Source of the DNA: Phaeosaccion multiseriatum
Taxonomy: Eukaryota; Protista; Ochrophyta, other classes
Reading direction: 5' to 3'
Length of the DNA: 64,000 bases
Assembly (NCBI GenBank): GCA_965112735.1
Contig: OZ218951.1
Coordinates: 3,162,001 to 3,226,000, forward strand
Below, piece after piece: positions 34,394-57,575 of the stretch. The notes under the pieces are model-generated. The model saw only the letters and a list, made by a program, of their open reading frames with translations. It was not told the origin of the DNA and did not search any database. Every line of letters begins with the position of its first letter. Within the stretch, counting starts at the first letter, position 1. The translations under genes and the position numbers were made by a program.

Positions 34394-37300
34394 TTACGAA
34401 TCACCAACTGTGGTGCTTGGGCACAGCCTGGCCATCGCCTCCCCTGCCGGCGGCTGATTGGGCAGGCACTGCGCCTGTCCGTGGTGAGTCAGCTCCGTCT
34501 CTCCCCCGGTGGGGTAGTGCCCGGCGGTTACATTGAAAGGCGTCGCACTACCCCGTGGGCAATACGCCACGTCATGACCACACGCTCGCTCAGTGGGGCT
34601 GGTGCTTCCTGCGTGGGGCATGAGGGAGGGAGCGTGTGTGTGTGTGTGGGCGGTAGAGGGAGAGGGGGCGAGAGAGAGGGGGTTTGGCATGGCGTCATTG
34701 ATCTATGGGCTATGGGCTATGGGCTATGGGCGACAAGAAGCTGTCTTCGACTGTCTCGCACCTCCCCCACCTCTCCCCCTCCATCTCCTCCCTCCTCGCC
34801 CTCTTCTCCCGCCTCCCTCCTCCTCCTCCCTCCCTCCCTTCTCCCTCTTCATACACTGCCATCACATCCGCCTCCTAGACAGTACGATGCCCACAATCCA
34901 CTTCTCTTACTAACACATACTACTTCGTATACGAAGTAGTACATAACCCTTTTAAAAAAATTGATTCCTGTTGGCCAATGAGCTTCCATCTTTCACTCAC
35001 CTGCCGGGCAATAGTACCCCGCCCTGCACACGCCGGAGCAACGTTCATCCCCGTCCCCTCCTCTGCCCCACACCCCGCCCGGGCACAGCACGGACGTGTT
35101 GCTGACGCTTCCCTCCGGGCAGTAGTGACCCGGGCTGCAGGGGCCCTCGCAGGAGGGGGAGGACATCCCCGGGGTGGACGCGAACACCCCCGGGGGGCAA
35201 AGTCGGGCAACTCCTCCTTCGCAGTAAGAGCTTTGGATGGTCATCGTTATATTTTGATTCATGCAAGTATATATGGATAGGGACCGTAGAGAGAGGGGAG
35301 TGAGACCGGGGGGGATGGCAGTGGATGGACTACAGCGTGTGTGTGTGTGTATGCGCGCGTGCGGGGGTGGTTTGGGAGGTGAGCAAGCATGGGCAAAAGC
35401 AGGCTAGACAAGGGGATGATTGATGGCCATCAAGCCATTGCTGAGCTTGGTGCTGCAAGTCAGTGAAAGTTGGTAGCCTGTCATCGTCCCCTTGAGCGCA
35501 AGTCCAGCAGGAGGAAGGTGGGTAGTGTGGAAACGATCCATCCAAGTGGACAGACCAGATGGCAGCAGATGGCACTCGTGAATACCCCTTGGGTCCCTCC
35601 TGCCCCCCCCCCTCCCTCCATCCACTGCCATCTCCTCGCTTTGCCGTTGCTTACCCGGGGGGACAGACTGCCTGCGCCGTTCGAGTGGCGGCGTCTCCGC
35701 CGGTGGTGAAGTTACCGACTCCGACGGTGGTTGGGGACACACTGCTCGGAGGGCAAAAGACCTGTACAGAGAGGGCGGAGGGTTAGTGGAGAGGGAAGGT
35801 GAGAGGGGGGGAGAGGGAGGGGAGAGGGTAGAGGAGAGGGAAGAGGAGAGGATGGAGCAGAGGAAAGAGGAAAGAGCGGAGAAAGGAGAGAGGAGGAAGG
35901 GGGAGGAGGGGGGAGGAGAGGGAAGAGGAGAGGTTGGAGGAGAGGTTGGAGGAGAGGGTGCACGAGAAGGAAGAGGAGAGAGTGGAGGAGAGGGAAAAGG
36001 AAAGAGCGGAGAGGGGAGGAGAGGGAAGAGGAGAGGTTGGAGGAGAGGCAGAAGAGAGGGGAGGAAGAGAAGGGAGAAGGAGAGGGGGGAAGAGAGGGTG
36101 GAAGAGAGAGAGAGAGAGAGAGAGAGAGGAGGGGGAGAGGAGAGGGAAGAGGAGTCGTCACATTGACTGGGCGTTGATACACAACATTATCCACAGTCTT
36201 ACGTACCCTCACGTACCTCCGGAGAGCCACACGCCACCTGCCTATCTGTGTGGCTGGCCCTAGGGCAGAAGAAGCCCTCGCGACACTCCCCGCTGCACAG
36301 AGCGGATCTCAGGCCTGGTGAGGACCCAAACGTCCCCGCCGGGCATGGCCGCTTCCGACCACCTCGACAGTAGAAGCCGATGGGGCATTCGGCCTGAGCG
36401 ACACGGTGCCGAAGCGCTTCGACAACACGATCTCTTTCCTCATCCTCCTCCTCCTCCTCCTCCTCCTCCTCCTCCTCCTCCTCCTCCTCCTCCTCCTCCT
36501 CCTCCTTCTCTTCGCCGTCCTCGGACAAGGTGTAGTATCCGTCGCTGGCCTTGGTGGGGAGGAAGGAGCCTGCTGGGCAGTATACGGAGGGTCCCGCCCC
36601 ACACGAGTGTTGGCGACTGCTGGTGGATGCAGAGGGGCAATAGTAGCCGGCAGAGCAGAGAGAGGGGAAGAGGGCACCCTGCATGTATGTTTCGCGGACG
36701 GTGGGGGGGAGGGAGGGAGGGAGGAAGGGAGGGAGGGAGGGAGGGAGGGAGGGAGGGAGGGAGAGAGGGAGGGAGGGAGGGAGGGAGGGAGGGGGGGAGG
36801 GAGGGAGGGAGGGAGGGAGGGAGGGAGGGAGGGAGGGAGGGAGGGAGGGAGGGAGGGAGGGAGGGAGGGAGGGAGGGAGGGAGGGAGGGAGGGAGGGAGG
36901 GAGGGAGGGAGGGAGGGAGGGAGGGAGGGAGGGAGGGAGGGAGGGAGGGAGGGAGGGAGGGAGGGAGGGAGGGAGGGAGGGAGGGAGGGAGGGAGGGAGG
37001 GAGGGAGGGAGGGAGGGAGGGAGGGAGGGAGAAGTGCGGAGGCGATAGCAGCGCGACTCAGTGGGCTGAAAAGTGCAGTGCAGTGCAGTGCAGGGACCAC
37101 GAGGAAGCGCGCGACTCTGTGAACTACTGTAGAACCACACGTCACTGCCTAAGTGCTCCCACGGCTTTACTCTACTATCACTACCTTACTCCACTATCAC
37201 TGCCTTACTCCTTACAACGCTTACCCGCTCGGAGCAGCTGGCGTCCTTCAAGCCTCGAGCGCTGCCGTACCTCCCCCCGGGGCACTCCTTCTCCCGAGAG

Positions 37301-38332
37301 GACGTGCTTCCCGTGGGGCAGTAGTGGCCCTGACAGAAGAAGGAAGGGGGCGAGGGGAAGGATGGCAGTGGATGGGGGAGGGGGCTGAGGATGGGGGAAA
37401 GTTACGTGCATTCCACCCTGCGGCCGTGCGAGAGAGGGAGAGAGGGAGAGAGGAACAGAGAGGGAGGAAGGAAGGAAGGAAGGAAGGAAGGAAGGAAGGA
37501 AGGAAGGAAGGAAGGAAGGAAGGAAGGAAGGAAGGAAGGAAGGAAGGAAGGAGCAGACCCACTGTTCTAAGCCTTAGTAAGTTGAGCCACACAGTGCCAT
37601 CGACCGCTGTAAAGAAGGGAAGGCCCTCTACGGCTCGACTTATAGCAACCCAAACCCACGCACTTACTGACTTACTTCCTCAGTCTCTTATTCACTCACC
37701 TTCGCGCACAGTCCTGAGCACTGCGGGGTGGACAGGCCCAACTCGCCTCCGAAGGTTCCTGGATGGGATGGGATGGCAGTGGATGGGATGGGATGGGATG
37801 GCAGTGGATGGGATGGGATGGCAGTGGATGGGATGGGATGGGATGGGATGGGATGGCAGTGGATGGGATGGGATGGGATGGCAGTGGATGGGATGGGATG
37901 GGATGGCGGTAGATGGGATGGGATGGGATGGCAGTGGATGGGATGGGATGGGATGGGATGGGATGGGATGGGATGGGATGGCGGTGGATGGGATGGGATG
38001 GCAGTGGAAGGGATGGGAGTGGATGGCAGTGGATGGGATGGGATGGCGGTAGATGGGATGGGATGGGATGGCAGTGGATGGATGGGGTATGGAAGGAGAG
38101 AGCAGAGTCGAGGGTGTGTAAGAAGACGCAGGGTGAAGGGGGTGGCATACTCACTCAAAGGCAAGCGCAGTTCGTCGTGTGCAATTGACTAACCGACTGA
38201 CTGACTGACCGACTGACTGACTGACTAACTGACTGACTGACACCAGGTAGTGACTCAGAGACGCGCTTTAGTCAGACAGCACGCTTCGAAGTAAAACATG
38301 GATGGGTACGTACACACACACACACATACACA

Positions 38333-38363
<31 letters not shown>

Positions 38364-39939
38364 CTGCGGGGCACAGCTTGGGCCGGACGCTCCCCTCGGG
38401 GCAGTAGGCCCCCTCGGGACACACAGCGCCGCACTCCGCAGAGGACAAGCGACGAGAGGGGCCATAGGTGCCCGCTGTGGATGGCGCATACACGTACAGT
38501 CATTGTACACACGGACATTACAGTAGTTGTGCACAGGGGCAGGCATGTATGGGTTTACGGGTATACGGGCATACGGGCATAAGGGTATTGTTCCAAGGAG
38601 GCGAGGGAGAGGATGGATGTAAGGGGGGGGGGGAGGGAGGGAGGGAGGGGCTCTAGAGGGTGGAGGGGACGAGGCACACAGGCATAGACACGGAACACAG
38701 ACACAGACACAGACCATATGCCGTGTGTACATCCAAGCACTTACGTGGGCACTTCCTCTTCCGCCCCTCTGTACAGTAGTGACCCCGCGGGCAGACGCGC
38801 ACCCCGCTTCGGGTGAGCTCAGTCGAGAGAAGGAGGTCAAACATGTCGTCGTTGTCATTGGCCACGTCATAGAAATCGCCGTCGTCTTCGCCCCCCTCCT
38901 CGTCCGTGTTCTCTGCTGCCTCCTCCGCCCTCCTCCTTGCATCCACCTCCTCTCCAACGCCAACAAAGATGGGAATGGTGTAGTAGCCTTCCTCGGCCCT
39001 AAGCCTCTGGACGGTGCCCTGCGGACAGTAGAATTGACTGCCCCCGCACTGCGCCTGTGTGGGGCTTGTGCTCGCCGCTGCACAAAGGAAGCCCTGTGTG
39101 TGTTATTTTAAAAAATTAAATGCAATTTTGATGCGTGGAGTGATGCGGTTGCGATGTATGTATGTTAGCGATGGCAAAGGAAGTACTGTATTAGTGTGTT
39201 TGGAGGTGTGCACTAATAGACGAGGGGGAAGGGGTTGGAGGGGGAGTATGGTCGCATCATGGAACGACCCCTCTGTCCCCATGATTCGTGGCGGTGCTTT
39301 CTTTCTTTGGGGGGTGGGTGCTCGATTGGTTTCTCCCTCCACACAAACACAACACTCACTGCAGCATACCAAAACACAGTCAGGCAATGAGACATGAAGA
39401 ATGACACTCCACCCCCTCTATTAATGAACCCCTCCTGCAGAGGAAGAGGGCACGTCATCCCCTCTTCCAATAAGTCCCTCCCTGCTGTACTCACGGCTTG
39501 ACACACGCCCGAGCATGAGTCGGTCTCGAGTCCCTCCTCCGCTCCGTACGTCCCCGCTGGACACGTCTGGGCAGAGGCGCTCACACTTCCGGAGGGACAA
39601 AAATGCCCCGCAGAGCACCGGCCACTTCGGTCCCAAGGGAAGAACGGGGGGGGTGGAGTGAGGAAAAAGAAGAAGAAATGAGAAGAAAGGAAGCGAAAGG
39701 GAATCGTAAGCCCTTGGTTACCATCAGCGCACCTGCACGCAGAGAGAGGGTCGCTCCAGTTCCCTCTCAATCCTTCCCTCTATGGGTTGGCATTCTGTAC
39801 TTGACACCCTGAACGAGCCCCGAGGACAAGCGGCGCCCGAGTCGGCTCCTGATGCCCATGCCCTCGTTGTCTTTGGAAGGGTTGTGAGTGGGAGAAATGA
39901 GAGGAGAACCCTCGGGGACAGAGGAAGCAGGACCATCAT
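34394..39939 (-). CDS. Cysteine-rich repeat protein (ephrin-receptor-like / GCC2-GCC3-type repeats), probably secreted; multi-exon
   Basis: Repeated CPAGTFG...CSG-C-xG(Y/F)(Y/F)CP-GS units (CSAGHFCPSGS, CPEGAYCPEGS, CREGFFCPRAS, CSPGHYCPEGS). Hydrophobic N-terminus at 39939 (start uncertain); TAA at 34394-34396. Confidence 0.8.
37758..38085. repeat. (GGGAT)n satellite interrupted by GCAGT/GCGGT variant units
   Basis: Directly visible; intronic. Confidence 0.9.
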
Positions 39940-40089
39940 GCCACTGATGCTTATAATCGTTCCCTTCCGTTTCCATTCACAGTTGTGACTCCTTCACGCG
40001 TTGGTCATTTATTTCCTTGTGTGTGTGTGTGTTGTTTTTGTTTTCACCACATCGGGCTCTTCCCTAGCAAGGATACTGTAGTGTTGAGA

Positions 40090-43000
40090 ATGGAGCCTCA
40101 AAGGAAGCGCCGGATGTGCATCAGCTGTGAGAAGCCTGTGCACGGGGGACCCACTGCCACGGCCTGTGATCGCCACTTTAAGCACTTTGTTAGGGGTGGC
40201 CGGGTGAGCAAGGACCTCAAAGAGGCGCGATTGGACATGCGGGCAGCACTCTTTCGCAAGTGCAGAGAGTTCGATCGAGCAGTGCATCAGGGCAACAGTG
40301 GTGGGGCTTATGAGCAGGAGGGAGGGCCCCCCATGGGTGACGCTGCGACACGGGGCGGCGAGCAGCGCAGCCTTCAGTCACCGGTGTCCGGCGGAGGGGG
40401 GGGGGAGGGGGGCGGTGGAGGAGGGGAGACAGCCGGAAGTACGGACCGCTTCATTGATGTTGGACTTCGTACCTCTCTGGCTTTCTCGTCCGAACAAGAA
40501 CGGGAAGAAGAAGGGGGTGGGGAGAGCGGACAAGAAGCAGGGTCCATGCAGTTTTCCCTGCTCGTCGGTACGGCCTCTGTGAGCGGTAGGTCTGATCTGC
40601 TGAATGGGCTCCTGGCAGGCTTGGAGGTGATGGATTGGACTTTCTTGCAGAAGGGATCAGTCATGTTTGAGGAGCGAGATGACGAGGGAGAGGAGGTGGA
40701 GGAGGAGGATGTGGAGGAGGAGGAGGAGGAGGAGGAGGAGGAGGAGGAGGAGGAGGAGGAGGAGGAGCAGGAGGGGGATCTGGAGGAGCAGGAGGAGGAT
40801 GTGGAGGAGGTCGAGGAGGATGTGGAGGAGGTCGAGGAGGAGGAGGGCGACGAGGAGCAGGAGGAGGAGGAGGGGGAGGAGGAGGAGGGGGATGAGGAGG
40901 AAGAGGGGGGGGGGGAGGAGAAGGACGACGAAAGGGGGTCACAGCATCGCGAGCCGAAAGACAGGGTAGAGGCAGAGGCCGAAGGAGCGAATCTTCATCT
41001 TCGGCGGCGCGTGTCTTACCCTGTCCTCGTCACCTTAAGCGAGGGGTCGCCGCTTCTTTGGATGGGGGCTAAACCGGGCGACGTGATCGTGGGCTTGAAC
41101 GGTCTTGATCTGGGTCGGAGCCTCGGCCGAGACGGTGCAGGAGGAGGAGGTGGAGGAGTAGGAGGAGGGGAAGGGGAAGGAGGCAACAGCAGTAGCAACA
41201 GCAGCTCCGATGCTCCCGGTGGGGTAATGAATGAGCCAACCTTCGCACAGACCACGAGACTCTACGATGTGAGTAGCCCAGGCAGGACGGAGGTAGAGAG
41301 GGAAGGAGGGAGGGCAGGAGGGAGGTAGAGAGAGAGAGGGAGGGAGAGAGGGGAGGAGAGAGAGAGAACGAGGGACAGAGAGAGAGAGGGAGGAAGGCAA
41401 AGAGCTTATGTGAGTGATTGGATGAATCAGTACGGGGGAGGGTAAGAGCTTATGTCAGTGATTGGATGAATCAGTACGGGGGAGACTTTATTGACTTAAT
41501 AGGAATCACCTAAGAAACTGAAAGTGTACGGGGGAGGGTAGGGGGGGGACGGGGTGAGTCCTTGACGCGTCTTCAGGACCAAAACTGTACGGTGGAAGAA
41601 CGCCCGTCCTTGGGGCTACCACATTGTTGTTGTTGTTCTTCTTCTTCCTCACCTTCTTCACCTTCTTCTTCTTCTTCTTCTTCTTCTTCTTCTTCTTCTT
41701 CTTCTTCTTCTTCTTCTTCTTCTTCTTCTTCTTCTTCTTCTTCTTCTTCTTCTTTTAATATTTCTTTCTGTTGGCGTTCGCCCGTCTGTTGCCATCTCCC
41801 GCCTTCCAGTATATGTCTCATGCGCCTTCCTCTGCCCTGCTGGGGGAGGTGCACAGCTTGTCCGAGGAGCAGCAGCGGCAGCAGCAGCAACAGTTGGCGA
41901 GGAAGCTGCAGCTGCAGCAGCAGCAGTTGGTGATGCAACAAGAGCAGTTGCTGGCGTTGCTGGCACAGCAGAAGCAGCTACGGAGGCACCAGGCTGCTCT
42001 GTCCCACCCCGTCTACACTGTAGAGCTACGGCTCCTGCGCTACACAGGCTTCCAAGGGACTCGAGGAGAGAGTAAGACCAGCAGCAGTCATATAGGCAGC
42101 AGCAGTAGCAGCATCAGCCTCTCAGGAGGAGGAGAAGGAGTAGGAGGAGGAGTAGGAGGAGGAGGAGGAGGAGGAGGAGGAGGAGAAGGAGGAGGAGGAG
42201 GAGGAGGAGGAGGAGGAGGAGGAGGAGGAGGAGGAGGAGGAGGAGGAGGCTCATCCACGTTTGCGGGCTTACTGGCGGAGCAGCTGACGGTACGTGAGAG
42301 GGAAGGCAGGGGGCACGCAGGAAGGAAGGGGGGGAAGGAAGGATGGAAGGGAGGTAGGGCGTAAGGAAGGAAGGAAGGAAGGATGGAACGGAGGCAGGTC
42401 GTAAGGAAGGGAGGAAGGAAGGAAATCGCTGCATAGGGGCGGGACTTTCCCTTCTCTTCTCTTGTCTTGTCGCCCTTTGTATCAGAGGCATCGTTCCTCG
42501 TCCCCCCCCCCCTATCCCCTGCCATACCCCCCCCCCTTTCTCTTGGTCTTGCCTTTCTTTTCCTTACGTTGCCTTGCCTTGCCTTGTCTTGCCTGCTCGT
42601 GCATCATGTCCTATACCCTATGGACGGTGGGTGTGTCGCTTATGCTCCTCGGGTGGTGGTGGTGGTGGTGCTGCTGCTGTTGCTGGTGATGGTGGGGGTG
42701 GTGGTTGTCCAATCGAACAGTTGCACAAGACATTTCGCAGATCGTTCCGGCACTTCTTCACGTCCCTGCTTGCCCAGCAGAAGGTGGAGATGCAGCAACT
42801 TGAGCACAGCTTGGGCCTCATCTTGGAGAACCAACGCGTGCCGGCCCTGATGAGGGTAGAGCGAGCCGTGCAATTCAACGTGAGGGAGGAGGGAGGAGGG
42901 ACGGAGTATGTGCCATCCATCCACTGCCATCCGCGCCTCTGTGTGTGTGCCTGCCTCTGTTGACAATGTCTGACGTCATCCATTCATCCACCCTCTGCCA

Positions 43001-45992
43001 TCCATCCACTGCCATCCATCCATCCATCCATCCATCCCTTCACTGCTATCTGTCCATCCACTGCCATCCATCCCTTCACTGCTATCTGTCCATCCACTGC
43101 TATATCCATTCGCTGCCATTTATGACGTAATCCTACGTGTAGGGCAAGGGGAAGAAGGCTGTGCTGGACGAAAGAAAGAGGATATGTCACGGGGAGGTGA
43201 GGGAGGGAAAGAGGGAGGGAGGGAAAGAGGGGTGGAGGGAGGAGGAGAGAGAGGAAGGGAGGGAGGGAGGGAGAGAGGGAGGGAGGGAGAGAGGGAGAGG
43301 AAGGGTGGATGGGTTAGGGTTAGACGGGGGGAGGGAGGGGGAGAGACGGAGAGAGATCAGAGGGGGAGGGGGGGTCAGTGTCGGTGTCAGCGTCAAGCAT
43401 GTCAAGCACTGGCACTACACACTAGCACTCGCACTCATGCCCATACCCATACCCCTCTGTCGTCGGTGTTCGTTCCCAGGGAGAAGAGAGAGAGAGAGAG
43501 AGAGAGAAGAGGGAAGACGGAGAGATAGAGAGATAGAGAGATCCACCTTTTACTGTCCTCCGTCCTTCGTTCTTTTGTCTTCCCCTGGACCTGAAAATTC
43601 AAACTTTTGTTCCTCTCTTCACCCGCCCCCAACAGCTCATGAAGTTTGAGAGGTTCGATACAGCGGCCGAAGAGAAGAAGGTAAGGCCATAGGCGATAGC
43701 TAGGCTCTCGGAGGGTGGGTGGGTGGGAGGGAGGGAGGGAGGGAGGGAGGGAGGGAGGGAGGGAGAGATGGAGGGAGGGAGAGAGGGAGGGAGGGAGGGG
43801 GGGGGGGGTGGGAAGAACGACGTGTTGAAGTGAGGACTGCTGCTGCGGGCGAAGAAGCTGATGTGTGAAGTGAACGCTGAGCTGTGCTTATGCTGGCGAC
43901 GCTTGGATGTCTAGACGATGTCCCTCTCATCCCCCCCATGGAGGGTGGGGCAGAGAGGACCCCTGCTGCTGTTCCATCTCTGCAGCAAGCTCCAATCAAC
44001 CTCCCCCCCAATCTCCCACAAACGCACACATTCTGCCTCTGCCTCTTCCTCTCCCTTCTCTGTCTCTCTCTCCCACTCCCTCTCTCTCTCCCTCTCCCCC
44101 CCCCCCCCTCTCTCTCCCTCTCTCTCGATCACTCTCCACCCTCTCTGTCTCCCTCTCCCGTTCTCTCTCTCCCCCTTCCCCTCTTCTCCCCTCCCTCTCT
44201 CCCCCCTCCTCCTCCCCCCTCCACACACATTCATGCCCAGGTGGTGGATCAGCAAACCTTCGAGCAGGCGCTGGCGTTGGTTGGGCAGGAAGTGACCCAA
44301 CTGCAGCCCCCTCCTCGCCCTCGCCCTCACCTTCCCCGCCCTCGGGTAGCAAAGAGAAGAAAGAGGAGGAGGGAGACCAGTGGAGTAGGAGGGACCGAGA
44401 GAGAGAGAGAGTCGAGTAGTGGAGTAGGAGGGACCGAGAGACTGAGAGAGTCGAGTAGGCCGGGATGGGGGCGGGGGAAGGACACGACGGTGCCGAATGG
44501 CAGTGCTCCCGGTGGGGGTGGGATGGCAGCTAATGGTAGTGCTCGCAGTGGGGGTGGGATGGTAGTTGGAGGCAGTACTCTCAGTGGGGGTGGGATGGTA
44601 GCGGATGGCAGTACTCTCAGTGGGGGAGGCATGGTAGCGGATGGCAGTACTCTCAGTGGGGGAGGGATGATAGCGGATGGCAGTACTCTCAGTGGGGGTG
44701 GGATGGTAGCAGATGGTAGTACTCTCAGTGGGGGAGGGATGGTAGCGGATGGCAGTACTCTCAGTGGGGGTGGGATGGTAGTTGATGGTAGTACTCTCAG
44801 TGGGGGAGGGATGGTAGCGGATGGCAGTACTCTCAGTGGGGGTGGGATGGTAGCGGATGGCAGTACTCTCAGTGCGGGAGGGATGGTAGCGGATGGCAGT
44901 ACTCTCAGTGCGGGAGGGATGGTAGCGGATGGCAGTACTCTCAGTGGGGGTGGGATGGTAGTTGATGGTAGTACTCTCAGTGGGGGTGGGATGGTAGTTG
45001 ATGGTAGTACTCTCAGTGGGGGAGGGATGGTAGTTGATGGCAGTACTCTCAGTGGGGGTGGGATGGTAGTTGATGGTAGTACTCTCAGTGGGGGTGGGAT
45101 GGTAGCGGATGGCATTGCCATGAGTGCTCTCAGTCGTGATGGTGGGGGTGGCGTTGGCAGCCACGAGGAGGTGGGGATCATTGCCAGCGGACACGGGACG
45201 GGAGCGACCCGCTGCAGCAGCAGTGCCAGCAACAGTGCCAGCAACAGTGACCTCTCCGCATCGCCAAGTGCTGTTGGCAGCAGCGGTGGCAGCAGCGGTG
45301 GCAGCAGCGGAGGAGGGCCACAACAAGTGCAAGGGCAGCAGCAGCAGCAACAACAGCAGCAACAGCAGCAACAGCAGTTGGTGATACAGCAACAGCAGCA
45401 ACAGCAGGAGGAACAAGACGCGGTGGGTGCGGGTGCAGGACACGGAGGGGCAGTGGAGGAAGGGGAGACGGCAGCGGCAGGGGCGGCGCCGTGGAGGCTT
45501 GAAGGAAGTCCCTTCATCGGCAGGCGAGTGCGGCGCTTCTTCAAGAGACAATACGTGTTGCAGGGGCTGGGGGCACAGGGGGTACAGGGGAGGCAGGAGG
45601 GGGCGGCGGCGGAGGAGGAGGAGGAGGTGGCAGTGTTGGGACAGGTGACGGGTTGGCTCTCGGCGGAGGAGAACGAGGGGTTGGCGCTCTGGCATGTAGT
45701 GCATGATGATGGAGACGAGGAGGATTTGGAGGAGTACGAGCTGGCGGATGCGCTGGGGAAGTGGGAGGGGTGGGAGGGGGGTAGGGAGGGAGAGGGGGGG
45801 GGTGAAGGGGGTGCGTTTGGGGATGGTGTTGCTGCTGTTGTTCAACAGGGACGGGGGGAAGAGGAGGAGGAGTCTCAGGGAGAGACAGATAGGAAAGGAG
45901 TTGTGGGAGGAGGCGGAGGAGGAGGAGGAGGAGGAGGAGGAGGAGGAGGAGGAGGCTTAGGCATTGGTGTATCACCAATGGCTCTACCATGA
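40090..45992 (+). CDS. Hypothetical protein with acidic tract, PDZ-like segment, 12-aa repeat array and C-terminal Tudor-like (PTM/DIR17-type) domain; about 5 exons
   Basis: SEGSPLLWMGAKPGDVIVGLNG is PDZ-like. GSPFIGRRVRRFF...GQVTGW...LWHVVHDDGDEEDLEEYEL is Tudor-like. Exons about 40090-41268, 41810-42289, 42721-42879, 43636-43680, 44241-45992. Confidence 0.65.
44514..45126 (+). repeat. 36-bp coding minisatellite, about 17 units (GGGMVADGSTLS)
   Basis: ATGGTAGCGGATGGCAGTACTCTCAGTGGGGGTGGG units lie within an open frame. Confidence 0.9.
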
Positions 45993-46111
45993 CGAAGAAC
46001 AAGCGATCGTATCAACAACTGCTAATGCTGGACATTTAGCTGCCCTGAAGCTCCCACCGGAGTGGCCTGTCTCGTCTGCTCCTCCCCCTGCTTGGCTCTC
46101 CTGCAAGCGGC

Positions 46112-46153
<42 letters not shown>

Positions 46154-46368
46154 GTATGTGCACTCGGAGACTCGTCGGAGCAGCGTAGGAGGACAACAGG
46201 CCGCACTAGTATCTCTACGAAAAGAGTGTTTGTGTGTATGTGAGTATGTACATTTCAACCATCGGTCGATGTGTGTTCTCCTCCTCTTCTTCCTCCTCCT
46301 CCTCCTCCTCCTCCTCCTCCTCCTCCTCCTCCTCCTCCAATGCATGGTTAGTGGTCTCTACTCCGCTG

Positions 46369-49584
<3,216 letters not shown>

Positions 49585-49796
49585 CGCTTCCTGCTCCTCC
49601 TTTTCTTCTCTGCTGAAAAATTTAAGCTGATCGTAACGGCGAGAGCCGATCCGATCTTACGAAAAAATGGCAGCCTACGCGCATCTTCTTGAAAATCCAA
49701 CCACAGCAACAGCGCCTCTTCTTCTCCCTTAACAGAGACCCTTGGGATCAGAAGAACATCAATGTTTCAAGGGATGTGAGGGAAGACGAACTAGCC

Positions 49797-56150
<6,354 letters not shown>

Positions 56151-56911
56151 GTGAGTGAGAGACAGAGAGAGAGGAGAGAGAGAGTGAGAGAGAGAGGAGG
56201 GGGGGGGGGGGGAGCTTAATATCTACGGAGCTTAATATCTACCCTGTCCTACCTACGGATGAGAAAGAGGCCCTGTGATGGCTCTGAGACGGATTGGGTG
56301 TGGTCGATCGATCGGGTCCGGTGAGCGAGGGAGGCCCATGCCCATTCTGAGGGTCGATCAGACGAAAGCCTGTGAGAGGGAGCGGGGCAACATTTGGAGG
56401 TGGCGGAGGGTGCGAGGTGCAAAGTGCGAGGCGAGTTGAAAGGCGCCTCGTGGGCTGTGGGCCGCCGGGCAGGATCCCCATCCGTCCGTTGCCATCTGTT
56501 GGCCAGAGCCCCTACACGGCCAGCGAGAGAACGCTCTATGGGTAAGGGGCAGTATGGTGGGTCCGTTCGGCCTACGGTATGGGCTTGGTATCGCGATATT
56601 GCCGGTGGGTGGGTGGGGTGGAGGGGTGGGTTGGTGCGCGCGCCTGCATGCACACGCACAGGGTCACACACACACACAGAGGGATTGATTCAGATACTCT
56701 TCTTGTGGTGGTGGAAGCAGCTGCAGCAGTTGGTAATACAGCAGTGGTGATTGCTAGCAGGTTGGCGATACCCTGCTGCACACCTGTGGGTCATTCATCG
56801 GTCTCTTTTGTCATATCTCCCCCCCCCTGCCTCCACGCGAAAGGGGAGAGGGTTGGGGTGAGTGAGTCCCGGAAGGACGAGACGAGTGCTGTAGTGATTG
56901 GGGGCGAAGGA

Positions 56912-57045
56912 GTGGAGCGTTACAGAATGGAGCGACGTACAGAGTGGAGCGTCGCTACAGAACGGAGCGTCGTTACAGAATGGAGCGTCGTTACAGAATG
57001 GAGCGTCGTTACAGAATGGAGCGTCGTTGCAGAGTGGAGCGTCGC
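56912..57045. repeat. 18-bp minisatellite (TGGAGCGTCGTTACAGAA) x7
   Basis: Directly visible. Confidence 0.85.
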
Positions 57046-57479
57046 CCTGCGGAGGGAGGGAGCAGCTGACTTTTCGGCAGGCTTGACTTTTCGGTTACAT
57101 GTATCACAGTTGTCGGAGTCGGAGGCTCTGATTGCTTGCGACAAGCCGGGTGCGGGGGCTGTGTGTGGGTGTGCATGTGCGTGTGCGTGTGCGTGTGCTC
57201 ATCTTCTTTGTTGGAGGCGACACGCCACCGTTCTGTTCTGCACACCACCGGCATGACTGGTGCGATGGCACTGGTGCGTGGGCTTGAGTCAGGCCAGGCA
57301 TGGGATGGTATGTATGTAGCCCATGGCGGTCCTTCGGCGATCTTCGTCAGACGGACAGTCGAAGGCAGCCCATGTCGTGGGTGTTTTTTCTTCCTTGCAT
57401 GCACTGACTGAAGCCATGGCACACAAGGGGGTTGGTTGTCTGACCGTTTAGGACTGCAGGCCCAAGGCAGTCGGAGGGA

Positions 57480-57575
57480 CCAGTCCATGACCAGTCCATG
57501 AGCAGTCCATGACCAGTCCATGACCAGTCCATGACCAGTCCATGACCAGTCCATGACCAGTCCATGACCAGTCCA
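57480..57575. repeat. 11-bp minisatellite (CCAGTCCATGA) x8
   Basis: Directly visible. Confidence 0.9.

Noticed and set aside
34918-34941. Similarity to loxP arms (ACTTCGTATA / TATACGAAGT)
   Set aside because: There is no 8-bp spacer, the outer bases differ and no vector sequence is nearby, so it is not a functional lox site.
36318-37388. Long ORFs of GGRE/PPSL repeats (also near 4500, 28450 and 52700)
   Set aside because: These are translations of intronic microsatellites that lack stop codons.
43911-45845. 644-aa - strand ORF
   Set aside because: It is antisense to the Tudor-like exon, and its openness is explained by the 36-bp repeat.
56255-56352. Box C/D snoRNA-like ATGA/CTGA words
   Set aside because: There is no canonical RUGAUGA box C or terminal stem, and no recognisable rRNA guide.
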